Source of the DNA: Candidatus Omnitrophota bacterium
GTDB taxonomy: Bacteria > Omnitrophota > Gorgyraeia > Tantalellales > Tantalellaceae
Direction: 5' to 3'
Length of the DNA: 64,000 nt
Assembly: GCA_015231405.1 (NCBI GenBank)
Contig: JADGBR010000001.1
Location: forward strand, 5,859 to 69,858
This document shows, in pieces, positions 52,052-60,447 of this stretch. Within the stretch, counting starts at the first letter, position 1; every line of letters starts with the position of its first letter. The notes under the pieces were generated by a model. It saw nothing but the letters and a program-made list of their open reading frames with translations. It was not told where the DNA came from and did not search any database. The position numbers and the translations under genes are program-made.

Positions 52052-52719
52052 GCATAGAAATATTGGATCTCGGGTTAGTTGGATATGAGGAATTCCTTGT
52101 TTTCCAGAATGAACTTCTCGGGAAAAGGGCCAGAGGCGAGGCGGGCGATACTCTCATCATTGCCGAACATTTTCCGGTGGTAACGCTCGGCAGGTTATCC
52201 GCCGGTGAGTGGTGCCGCGATATAGGATATTTCAAGACGAAAAACATCGACATAATACAGACAAGCCGCGGGGGGAAGAACACATGTCACAGTCCAGGTC
52301 AACTGTTGATATACCCCGTGATCGACCTTTCAAAGAAGCTGAAGGATATCGGCCATTATTTAAATTTTCTTGAAAATTCGCTTATCGGTGCTCTCCGTGA
52401 GCTCGGGATAGACGCCAGGATTAACGGGACAAGGCGCGGCGTCTGGGTGGGTCCGAAGAAGATCGCTTTCATAGGCGTAGCCGTAAAGAGCTGGATCACT
52501 TTTCACGGCGCGAGCGTGAACATCAATAATGATCTTGAGCCTTTTTCGCTCATGGATCCCTGCGGCGAGCAAGATATCAAAGTCACCTCGGCGAGGGAAA
52601 TCCTTGGGAAAGAGCTTGATATGCCGATGGTAAAAAAACTTTTCGCCCGGAGGTTCATAGTTGATATACAGCAATACATTGGAAATATGGGAACACCATT
52701 GGGGGCGGTTCATGTATAA
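52048..52719 (+). CDS. lipB: Lipoyl(octanoyl) transferase
   Basis: EHFPVVTLGR, RGG...H.PGQL, KIAFIG, PCG. Confidence 0.9.
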   Translation: MSIEILDLGLVGYEEFLVFQNELLGKRARGEAGDTLIIAEHFPVVTLGRLSAGEWCRDIGYFKTKNIDIIQTSRGGKNTCHSPGQLLIYPVIDLSKKLKDIGHYLNFLENSLIGALRELGIDARINGTRRGVWVGPKKIAFIGVAVKSWITFHGASVNINNDLEPFSLMDPCGEQDIKVTSAREILGKELDMPMVKKLFARRFIVDIQQYIGNMGTPLGAVHV

Positions 52720-52951
52720 GGTCATTATGCCTGAAATTTCCGACGGTGATGACGATATTACCCTTGTCGGATGGCTCGTGTCGGAATCGGATATCGTAAA
52801 AGAGGGCGACGACATGGCCGAGCTTGTTACCGATAAAGCTTCTTTTGACCTCCCCTCGCCGAAAAGCGGGAAAGTAGTGACCCTAGTGAAAAAGCCGGGG
52901 GATAAGGTCATGGCCGGCGATATTATGGCGGAAATGATCCTGGGAGAATGA
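52712..52951 (+). CDS. Stand-alone lipoyl-carrier domain protein
   Basis: 79 aa; MP...W.V..G/D.V..G, TDKA lipoyl lysine, PSP.SG. Confidence 0.85.
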   Translation: MYKVIMPEISDGDDDITLVGWLVSESDIVKEGDDMAELVTDKASFDLPSPKSGKVVTLVKKPGDKVMAGDIMAEMILGE

Positions 52952-52973
52952 ACGCCCGACTGGAGTAAATGCG

Positions 52974-54110
52974 ATGAGCGAACTTGGCGGCATGAAAAGG
53001 GTCCTTATCTTTTACGTATCCAGGAATTCCGGGCATTATAACGCGGCAAAGTCGATCGAGAAAGCTATTCTGGGTTTCGGGAAAGGCATTGAGATAAGGA
53101 CGGTAAACGCCCTTGATTACGCTAATCCGATACTCGGGAAAATTCTCGCGAAAGCTTACGCGGAAATATTGAAAAAAAGGCCCCAGTTTTGGGGGAATAT
53201 TTACGATAATCCCGTCGTTCTTGAGAAGACGCGTAAGACAAGGGAGCGGTTCGCGAAACGTGGATTCCCGAAAATTCAGAAACTGGTAGGGTCTTTCAAA
53301 CCTGGTGCAGTGGTATGTACTCAGGCTTATCCCTCAGGTTTGATGGCTTATTATAAAAGGAGATCTGGCGATAAGATACCTCTTATCGCTGTTCTCACTG
53401 ACCATGCGCCGCATTCGTACTGGATCTTCCCCGAGACGGATATTTATGTCGTCCCTTCGGATGACACCGCCGCGATGATGGTGAAAAAAGGCGTGCCGAG
53501 GGAAAAAATACGGGTGTTGGGGATACCTGTAGACAACAAGTTCCAGAACAGTCATGACAGATCCCTTTTGCGTGACAGGTTCGCGCTTTATCCCGGGAAA
53601 AGGACTGTGCTCATAATGGGCGGCAACCAGGGGCTGGGCGCACTCGAGGAAATTGTGGACGCCTTTCAGGGACGCGGAGGCCTAAATTATCAGCTCATGG
53701 TCGTAGCGGGAAGGAACAAGAGACTTTACAGGCGTATAAAGAACAGGTATATGAAGGGGAACGGCGGGAATATAAAACTATATCCCTACTCAGAGAACAT
53801 CGACGAGATGATGGAAGCGTCCGACGCGATAATAACAAAGGCCGGCGGGATAACTACCGCCGAAGCTTTGGCTAAAGGGGTACCCATATTTATTGTCGAC
53901 CCTATCCCGGGACAGGAGCGGATGAACACCGACTTTCTTGTGAAAGAGGGGGCGGCGGTCGAAATAAAGAATAAAGAAGCTCTTATAGAAGCCGTGAACT
54001 CGCTTTTTGACACAAAAGGGGCGCTTGAAAAAATGGCCGCGAATTCAAAAAGAATATCGAAGGCAGACAGTTCTACTCGAGTCGCGGAACTGGTAATAAG
54101 GGGTTGTTGA
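52974..54110 (+). CDS. MGDG synthase / UgtP-like diacylglycerol glycosyltransferase
   Basis: GHYNAA, VLTD, GIPV, MGG.QG, ITKAGG.T.AEA, PGQE. Confidence 0.85.
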   Translation: MSELGGMKRVLIFYVSRNSGHYNAAKSIEKAILGFGKGIEIRTVNALDYANPILGKILAKAYAEILKKRPQFWGNIYDNPVVLEKTRKTRERFAKRGFPKIQKLVGSFKPGAVVCTQAYPSGLMAYYKRRSGDKIPLIAVLTDHAPHSYWIFPETDIYVVPSDDTAAMMVKKGVPREKIRVLGIPVDNKFQNSHDRSLLRDRFALYPGKRTVLIMGGNQGLGALEEIVDAFQGRGGLNYQLMVVAGRNKRLYRRIKNRYMKGNGGNIKLYPYSENIDEMMEASDAIITKAGGITTAEALAKGVPIFIVDPIPGQERMNTDFLVKEGAAVEIKNKEALIEAVNSLFDTKGALEKMAANSKRISKADSSTRVAELVIRGC

Positions 54111-54967
54111 TGCTGTATCCGATCTATCGTTGCGGTTATGCTCTGGCAAAAAATCTGCCGCTCCGTGTTTCCTATCGTATAGCCGAGATTGTCGCCTTGG
54201 TGTACTTCCACTTTTCCCGGAAGGACAGGAAGATCCTCAGCGATAATCTGAAAGGGATACTCGGTGTGAACGCCGGAAAAAAAGAGATCGACGCGCATAC
54301 TCTGGGCATACTCAAGAATTTCGCGAAATATCTGGTTGATTTCTTCAGGTCCGCCGGTCTTTCAAAGGAAGATATACTGAAACCAGTGACCGTGAAGAAC
54401 AGGCAATATCTTGACGAGGCGCTTTCTCTCGGGAAAGGTGTCATAGTGTTGACCGCCCATCTGGGCAATTGGGAACTGGGCGCCGCGGCCGTAGCGGCGA
54501 TGGGGTATCCGATAAGCGCCATAGTGCTTAATCACTCGGACCAGAGAATAAATACTTTATTTTCCGGCAACCGTGCAATTAACGACGTGAAGAATATACC
54601 GATAGGCGTAGCTGTGAGGGGCTGCTACAGGGTCCTCCGGCAGAATGAGGTGCTGGCTATCGCGGGCGACAGAGATTATACCGGGGGCGGCATGGAGATC
54701 GAATTCTTCGGGAAGAAGACCCTGATGCCTAAAGGCGCCGCTCAGCTTGCTTTGAGGACAGGAGCCTCGATAGTCGGCGGGTTCCTCATACGCCAGCCCG
54801 GAGACACTTTTGTGCTTGAGTTCCTTGAGCCGATAAGTTTTGAGGGTACTGACGATATGGATAAAGACCTGGACGATCTTATGAAAAAGTGCGTGTCGGT
54901 CCTCGAGGATTATGTGAAGAAATACGTCGACCAGTGGTATGTGTTTGACAGGATCTGGGCGGAGTGA
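54110..54967 (+). CDS. Lipid acyltransferase (LpxL/PatA-like family)
   Basis: TAHLGNWE, GDRD, FFGK, DQW; TGATG overlap with the upstream gene. Confidence 0.85.
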   Translation: MLYPIYRCGYALAKNLPLRVSYRIAEIVALVYFHFSRKDRKILSDNLKGILGVNAGKKEIDAHTLGILKNFAKYLVDFFRSAGLSKEDILKPVTVKNRQYLDEALSLGKGVIVLTAHLGNWELGAAAVAAMGYPISAIVLNHSDQRINTLFSGNRAINDVKNIPIGVAVRGCYRVLRQNEVLAIAGDRDYTGGGMEIEFFGKKTLMPKGAAQLALRTGASIVGGFLIRQPGDTFVLEFLEPISFEGTDDMDKDLDDLMKKCVSVLEDYVKKYVDQWYVFDRIWAE

Positions 54968-54985
54968 GGTGCGTAAAGATATATA

Positions 54986-55038
54986 TGTGCTTCGTGGTTC
55001 GGGATTCGTGGTTCGCGAGGAAAAAGCTGATAGCTGAA
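54986..55038. repeat. Mixed heptamer arrays (CGTGGTT-type then AGCTGAA-type)
   Basis: tgtgctt cgtggtt cgggatt cgtggtt ... agctgat agctgaa. Confidence 0.7.
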
Positions 55039-55047
55039 AGGTGAGAT

Positions 55048-55740
55048 ATGAAAGATACTTTAAAAAAAACGATCGCGCTGATACCGTCTTATAACGAGGC
55101 CAGGGCTATTGGGGATGTTGTCAGAGAACTCGTCAATATGGGCGTTACCGCGCTTGTAATAGACGACGGGTCACAGGACGACACGGAAAAGATAGCGCGC
55201 GATAACGGCGCTATCGTCCTTAAGAATAAGCAGAATATGGGGAAAGGGAGATCTGTCCGCGAAGGATTGAACTACGCCATAGCGAGACCGGAGCATGAAT
55301 GGGCGGTATTGATGGACGGCGACGGCCAGCATCATCCCGGCGATATCCCGGGTCTTATCGAGGCCGCTGTCAGGGAGAACGCCGATATGGTCCTCGGTAA
55401 CCGTATGGCCCAAACAAATAATATGCCGATCGTAAGGCTCCTGACCAACAAGTTCACATCATTCGTCGTATCATCACTCGCCGGGCATAAGATACACGAT
55501 TCACAGTGCGGTTTCAGGCTCATAAGGGTCAGCGCTTTTAAGTATGTCGAGCTTATCGCGGATAAATACGACATTGAGTCCGAGATGATAATAGAAGCGG
55601 CCAGAAAGAAAATGAAGATAGTATCAGCTCCCGTAAGGACCATATACGGCGACGAAGTTTCAAAGATACATCCGTTCAAGGATACGATCAGGTTCATCAA
55701 GCTTGTACAGAGGTATAGGCGGGCGAAGAAGGGTAGATAG
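55048..55740 (+). CDS. Glycosyltransferase family 2 (DPM1-like)
   Basis: IPSYNE, DDGS.D.T, MDGDGQH, DSQCGFR. Confidence 0.9.
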   Translation: MKDTLKKTIALIPSYNEARAIGDVVRELVNMGVTALVIDDGSQDDTEKIARDNGAIVLKNKQNMGKGRSVREGLNYAIARPEHEWAVLMDGDGQHHPGDIPGLIEAAVRENADMVLGNRMAQTNNMPIVRLLTNKFTSFVVSSLAGHKIHDSQCGFRLIRVSAFKYVELIADKYDIESEMIIEAARKKMKIVSAPVRTIYGDEVSKIHPFKDTIRFIKLVQRYRRAKKGR

Positions 55741-55754
55741 GGGATCCACATGGA

Positions 55755-55839
55755 GTCATCCCGGACGCGAGCCTCGCGAGCGAGCCGGGATCACATGAAA
55801 ATAATATTTTTATTTGATCCCCGCTTTCGCGGGGATGAC
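55755..55839. repeat. Inverted REP-like palindrome doublet
   Basis: GTCATCCCGG...CCGGGATC, an AT-rich spacer, then GATCCCCGCTTTCGCGGGGATGAC. Confidence 0.75.
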
Positions 55840-55867
55840 AGTTTATACTTTGATGTTTAAATAGTTG

Positions 55868-55896
55868 TTAACAAAACCGGTAGATTGTACTATAAT
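55868..55896 (+). promoter_or_regulatory. Sigma-70-type promoter
   Basis: TTAACA-17nt-TATAAT. Confidence 0.55.
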
Positions 55897-55923
55897 CGAA
55901 CAAACGAATAACAGGAGGACGAT

Positions 55924-56427
55924 ATGATAGCCTATTTGTTGATAATGCTCGGACTTGTTATGAGAGTGATGCCGCACGCGCCGAATTTCACTCCGGTCGT
56001 GGCCATAGCGCTTTTCGCCGGGGTCTACCTCAACAAGAAAGTAGTCCCGTGGGTGCCGTTAGCCATAATGGCAGTGAGCGACCTTATTATCGGCATGCAT
56101 GATGTAGTTCTTTTTACATGGGGGGCCTTCCTTCTTATAGGTTTTCTCGGGATGTGGCTTAGTAAGCATAAGAGCCCTTCCAGTGTACTCATCTCCGGCA
56201 TAATGTCAGCCGTGATCTTCTTTATCATATCGAATTTCGGCGTATGGCTCGTATGGTATCCTCTTAGTATCGAGGGATTTGTGACATGTTACGTTAAAGC
56301 TATACCTTTTATGAGGGACACACTTACGAGCACCCTGGTATATTCCGCGGTATTATTCGGCTTATACGAGGCGGCGAGGAAGTTCGTCGGGAAAACGAGA
56401 TATAGTTCCGTTCTTTTAGCGAATTAA
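55924..56427 (+). CDS. DUF6580-like putative membrane transporter (S-component-like)
   Basis: PHAPNFTP.AIALF.G, SD..IG, FFIISNFGVW, Y..AIPF; 5-6 TM segments. Confidence 0.75.
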   Translation: MIAYLLIMLGLVMRVMPHAPNFTPVVAIALFAGVYLNKKVVPWVPLAIMAVSDLIIGMHDVVLFTWGAFLLIGFLGMWLSKHKSPSSVLISGIMSAVIFFIISNFGVWLVWYPLSIEGFVTCYVKAIPFMRDTLTSTLVYSAVLFGLYEAARKFVGKTRYSSVLLAN

Positions 56428-56441
56428 GCAGATAGCTAGTA

Positions 56442-56620
56442 CACACAGGCGATCGAAAGATCTTAATAGGGAAGTCCGTTAGATCCGGACACGGTCCCGC
56501 CGCTGTTACCGGGGACGAAAGCCCGCTAGTCGATTTATGACTAAAGAGGCCACTATCCGAAAGGATGGGAAGGCCGGGGCAAGTAGAATGATCCGGAAGT
56601 CAGAAGACCTGCCTGGTGTG
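56442..56620 (+). ncRNA. Cobalamin riboswitch
   Basis: AATAGGGAA, CCCGCCGCTGT, GCCACT...GGGAAGG and B12 box AAGTCAGAAGACCTGCC. Confidence 0.93.
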
Positions 56621-56686
56621 ACAATAGATGTACGGGTCGTGTGAAACCCGTATCTATCGAGTTAGTGAGGGTAATAAAAACGGATT

Positions 56687-56726
56687 ATCCCCTGGTATCT
56701 TAAATTGGTGCCAGGGGATTTTTTTT
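56687..56726 (+). terminator. Riboswitch expression-platform terminator
   Basis: ATCCCCTGGTATC-loop-GGTGCCAGGGGAT followed by a T run, upstream of the receptor RBS. Confidence 0.8.
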
Positions 56727-56761
56727 ACCCGGCTTATGCGGACAAAATTAAAGGAGAAGAG

Positions 56762-58921
56762 ATGAAAAAGACGTCGTTATTTTTGATCGGGATGCTAACC
56801 TTTTCGGCCACAGCTTTCGCGGGGACAGACTCAGCGAACAAGTTCCGGGTAACGGATATACTCAAAACCCCGGCCAAAGCTATCTTAGCTCCGGTTAACG
56901 GCGGCGGCCTCGTCGATCTTGTCCTAAAACCCACGGACCTCCTCTTCGCCCCGGTGATCGACTTAGGCGAAGTAGTTGTGACCCCGTCCCGGACGCCCGA
57001 GTATACGTATAATGTTAACAAAAATGTTACGGTAATTAATAACGACGACATCCGTAACGCTAAACCAAGATATTTGCAGGATGTGCTTGCCAGGGAAAAT
57101 AATGTCGTAATGAATGGGCTTCTTAATAACGCCAAGGATAATAAGCTGGACCTCAGGGGGTTTGGGGACTCGGCTAATATGAATTATCTTGTGCTCGTGG
57201 ACGGAAGGAGAACTAATCAGATAGATCTTTCCGGGCCGGATCTCGCGCAGGTGGACGTGAATTCCATCGACAGGATCGAGATAACGCGTGGTCCCGGCAC
57301 TGTCCTTTACGGGGATAACGCGACCGGCGGGGTTATCAACATAATCACTAAAAAACACGTTGACGGGCATCATATTGAATATTCTCAGGAGATAGGGAGT
57401 TACAAATATTTCAAGGAGTACGTCTCGGCCAGCGGCCGTGAAGAGTTCATGGATTACTATGTCAGTTATTCGCCTCAAAGCTCACGGGGTTACAGACTTA
57501 ACAGTTCCTATAAAGCTGACGATATATGTTCGAATATGACAATTAGACCCGCGGAGTATTTTAATATGGGCCTTTCTTCGGGTTTCCACAGGGACTGGTA
57601 CGGTCAGCCAGGGGCTCTTTACGATGGCAATATCCAGAGCGACGGCAGGGACGGGACGCGTTTTCCCGATTCCAAGGCCAAAGCTGAAGATCAGTATTTT
57701 ACGGTTGATCCTCAATTGATGGGGGAGATAAACGAACATGAGATCGTGCTGTCTTCGCTTATGTCATACAGGTTGCGGCGCGCCTCGTCACGTGATGTGA
57801 GCTTCAACGTTTATGAGACGGGGCATAATATCAGCTCTTACGATCTAAAGCCGAAGTGCGAGATCAATTCGAGCTTTCTGGATGATAGTGTCGAGAATAA
57901 GCTTGTGGCCGGCACTGATTATTTTTACGCAGGGGATCTGGCATCTTCCGGCGACGTAGCGTTCACCAAATCCGAACTCAAAGCGGAAAAGAGGACTTTC
58001 GGTGTATATGCCTCTGATAATGTAATGATCAATAGAAGGTTGATCCTTAACGGCGGGGCCCGCGTCGAATGGGCCGGTTATTCATTTGACCAGTCAAAGC
58101 CCGCTCCCGGGCTTAACGAGCGCAAACTCCAGGATGCTGCTTTCGAGGCCGGGATCGGGTATAAATATAACGAAAAGTCCCAGATATACTTTGACTCATC
58201 GAGGTCATACAGGTTTCCTGGTACTGACGAGTATTTCCAGTCGGCCTACGAGTCTTTCGACTGGTGGACGTTCACGACAAGGGTGTTCCCCTCAACGTTG
58301 AACACCGATCTCGAACAACAGACCGGCAATAATTACGAGTTGGGGATAAAGGACCATTCGTTCGAGTTTTTCAGGTTGAACGCGGATTATTATCTGATGA
58401 ATATCAGAAATGAAATACTGCTCGATCCGTATACTCCCGAAAATCCCGTTAACGATAAGAACGTTAATTATCCTCGCACTACTCACCATGGCCTGGAATT
58501 TGACGCAAAGATAGATATTTTCGATAAGGCAACCCCCTTTGTGAAGTACACCTACGAGAAAGCGTTCTTTGTCGGCGGTAAATACGCATCAAAGACAATC
58601 CCGCTGGTTCCGGAGAACAAGATAGTAACGGGAGTGGATATTGCACCCGTTGACGGTTTGGACCTGTCATATACGGTCAACTTTCTCGGATCACGTTATG
58701 CCGCGAATGATATGACAAATACGGCGTCCAGGATAAAATCCCATGTGACAAGCGACATATCGGCTTCATATGAGTATTCCAACGTCAGGATCTTCGGCGC
58801 GATCAGGAATATCTTGAACCAAAAATATCTGACCAACGCTACAAAGAACTTCGCCGGCAATATAGCGTTCTATCCCGCTCCCGGGATCAATTTCGAATGC
58901 GGTATAAGTGTAGTATTTTGA
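56762..58921 (+). CDS. TonB-dependent receptor, BtuB-like
   Basis: Signal peptide; EVVVTPSR TonB box; IDRIEITRGP..LYG.NA.GGVINIITK; C-terminal Phe; lies downstream of the B12 riboswitch. Confidence 0.9.
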   Translation: MKKTSLFLIGMLTFSATAFAGTDSANKFRVTDILKTPAKAILAPVNGGGLVDLVLKPTDLLFAPVIDLGEVVVTPSRTPEYTYNVNKNVTVINNDDIRNAKPRYLQDVLARENNVVMNGLLNNAKDNKLDLRGFGDSANMNYLVLVDGRRTNQIDLSGPDLAQVDVNSIDRIEITRGPGTVLYGDNATGGVINIITKKHVDGHHIEYSQEIGSYKYFKEYVSASGREEFMDYYVSYSPQSSRGYRLNSSYKADDICSNMTIRPAEYFNMGLSSGFHRDWYGQPGALYDGNIQSDGRDGTRFPDSKAKAEDQYFTVDPQLMGEINEHEIVLSSLMSYRLRRASSRDVSFNVYETGHNISSYDLKPKCEINSSFLDDSVENKLVAGTDYFYAGDLASSGDVAFTKSELKAEKRTFGVYASDNVMINRRLILNGGARVEWAGYSFDQSKPAPGLNERKLQDAAFEAGIGYKYNEKSQIYFDSSRSYRFPGTDEYFQSAYESFDWWTFTTRVFPSTLNTDLEQQTGNNYELGIKDHSFEFFRLNADYYLMNIRNEILLDPYTPENPVNDKNVNYPRTTHHGLEFDAKIDIFDKATPFVKYTYEKAFFVGGKYASKTIPLVPENKIVTGVDIAPVDGLDLSYTVNFLGSRYAANDMTNTASRIKSHVTSDISASYEYSNVRIFGAIRNILNQKYLTNATKNFAGNIAFYPAPGINFECGISVVF

Positions 58922-59179
58922 TGAAATAACTGGTTCATTGGGTCGCTTCAAAAAGTATGATCGAATTAAATTGACCACTGTTGTTAATGAAAAGCAAGGT
59001 CAAAGTTCGTCCGAAAAAATCCACACCATCGGTAAAAATTCCATTCTTTTCCTATCGCCTATCTCTGATTGTCATGCTGTGTCACGGTTTAGGATACATG
59101 GCACTTTAGAATGCATAACTCATGTATTTACCGATAATTACGAGCTATTACCCCCTGAGAATGTGTCTTATCGGCGCAT

Positions 59180-59195
59180 TGGCACGTTATGTGCT
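59180..59195 (+). promoter_or_regulatory. Sigma-54 (-24/-12) promoter
   Basis: TGGCACGTTATGTGCT, exact GG-N10-GC spacing. Confidence 0.75.
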
Positions 59196-59256
59196 TAATT
59201 AGATAAGTGTAAGCGCCGGAGTTATTTTGGATCGTTAATAATGGAGGAGGCACAAT

Positions 59257-60183
59257 ATGAAGAATAGATTTTTCAGGATTGGGATGTTGGTTATGCTATT
59301 TGGCTTTATAGTATCTTGCAGCCAGCAGGCATACGCTATCGTGGTTGACGGCGACTTAAGCGACTGGGGAGTTACTGCTTTTACGGATTGGACGCCGGAC
59401 CTCCCCGGCACATCATATTCGGTGGAAGACAATACATACCGTCCATGGACGGATTTTGACTGGGAGCCGCTTGATATTGAAGCAATGTACATCAATGATT
59501 GTAAAACATATATTAATTTTGCCGTTGTATCGTCGAACCCTTATAGCGGATTGGTCACGCTTCACCCAACCCCGGGTAGTACGGGGACCTTTTATGATTA
59601 CGCGGAAGAGAGCCTGTTCCTTGATTTTAGCGGCCGAACAGTAGATCAACTGCTGATGGCGGGCGACTACAAATACGCCGCTGACGTAGCTATCCTTCCC
59701 CTTGATCAGCTTTCAATAAAGGGCGTTTATAAGGTCAATCAAGACCATATATACAAGCTGCCGAATGAAAATGGAGCGCCTTATACCTTTCCTGTCAGTG
59801 TCGCCATAGAGGTCGCCCCAGGAGGTAATGTAGAGTATGGTCCGTTCTACAACGCACTGGGATATCAAGAATATCTCGGTTCATTTGAGGTATACAACAA
59901 ATATCTCGGAAATATTGAGGCCGCCGCGCCGTCGTTTTGGCCAAACACATATGTATTGGAAGGCAGAATAGATAAGTCGATTTTTGTCGATGAAAATTTC
60001 GAATGCGGATCACAGGTAGAGGCATATTTTAGCAGGGTACAATGTCTCTCTGACTGGATCACGGTAAGAGACTCTATGGAAAGCCCCTGCTTAACCCAGG
60101 TTCCCGAACCGGTTACAATGTCGTTATTTGGGCTGGGTTTAGCAGGATTTGCCTGGATCAGAAAAAGAAAAATGGCAGCATAG
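59257..60183 (+). CDS. PEP-CTERM sorting domain protein
   Basis: Signal peptide; VDGDLSDW; C-terminal VPEP + TM + RKRK. Confidence 0.92.
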   Translation: MKNRFFRIGMLVMLFGFIVSCSQQAYAIVVDGDLSDWGVTAFTDWTPDLPGTSYSVEDNTYRPWTDFDWEPLDIEAMYINDCKTYINFAVVSSNPYSGLVTLHPTPGSTGTFYDYAEESLFLDFSGRTVDQLLMAGDYKYAADVAILPLDQLSIKGVYKVNQDHIYKLPNENGAPYTFPVSVAIEVAPGGNVEYGPFYNALGYQEYLGSFEVYNKYLGNIEAAAPSFWPNTYVLEGRIDKSIFVDENFECGSQVEAYFSRVQCLSDWITVRDSMESPCLTQVPEPVTMSLFGLGLAGFAWIRKRKMAA

Positions 60184-60447
60184 ACGAAAGACCAAAAACA
60201 ATAGAACTATGTTGTTGCTAAGGGTAATATTTTGTTTTCAAAGAAAACAAATCGATTAGTAACCCTGTTCATCATAAAACAGACTGAATTTGTTTAATGT
60301 AAAGATGCGGTCTGGCCGTAATACCTTTCCTGTCCTATCATAAAGATCAAATGTCTTTAAAAAAAATAACTGACTCGTAATGTTCTGGACATCGTGTTCT
60401 CCGTTCAGTAGAATTAACCTTCATAGGCGGCACCAGTACTCTTGATC

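Noticed and set aside
59099-59114. Second sigma-54-like site TGGCACTTTAGAATGC
   Set aside because: The spacing is GG-N11-GC rather than the required N10.
58938-59198. 86-aa ORF upstream of the PEP-CTERM gene
   Set aside because: TTG start, no RBS, no motifs, and it overlaps the sigma-54 promoter region.
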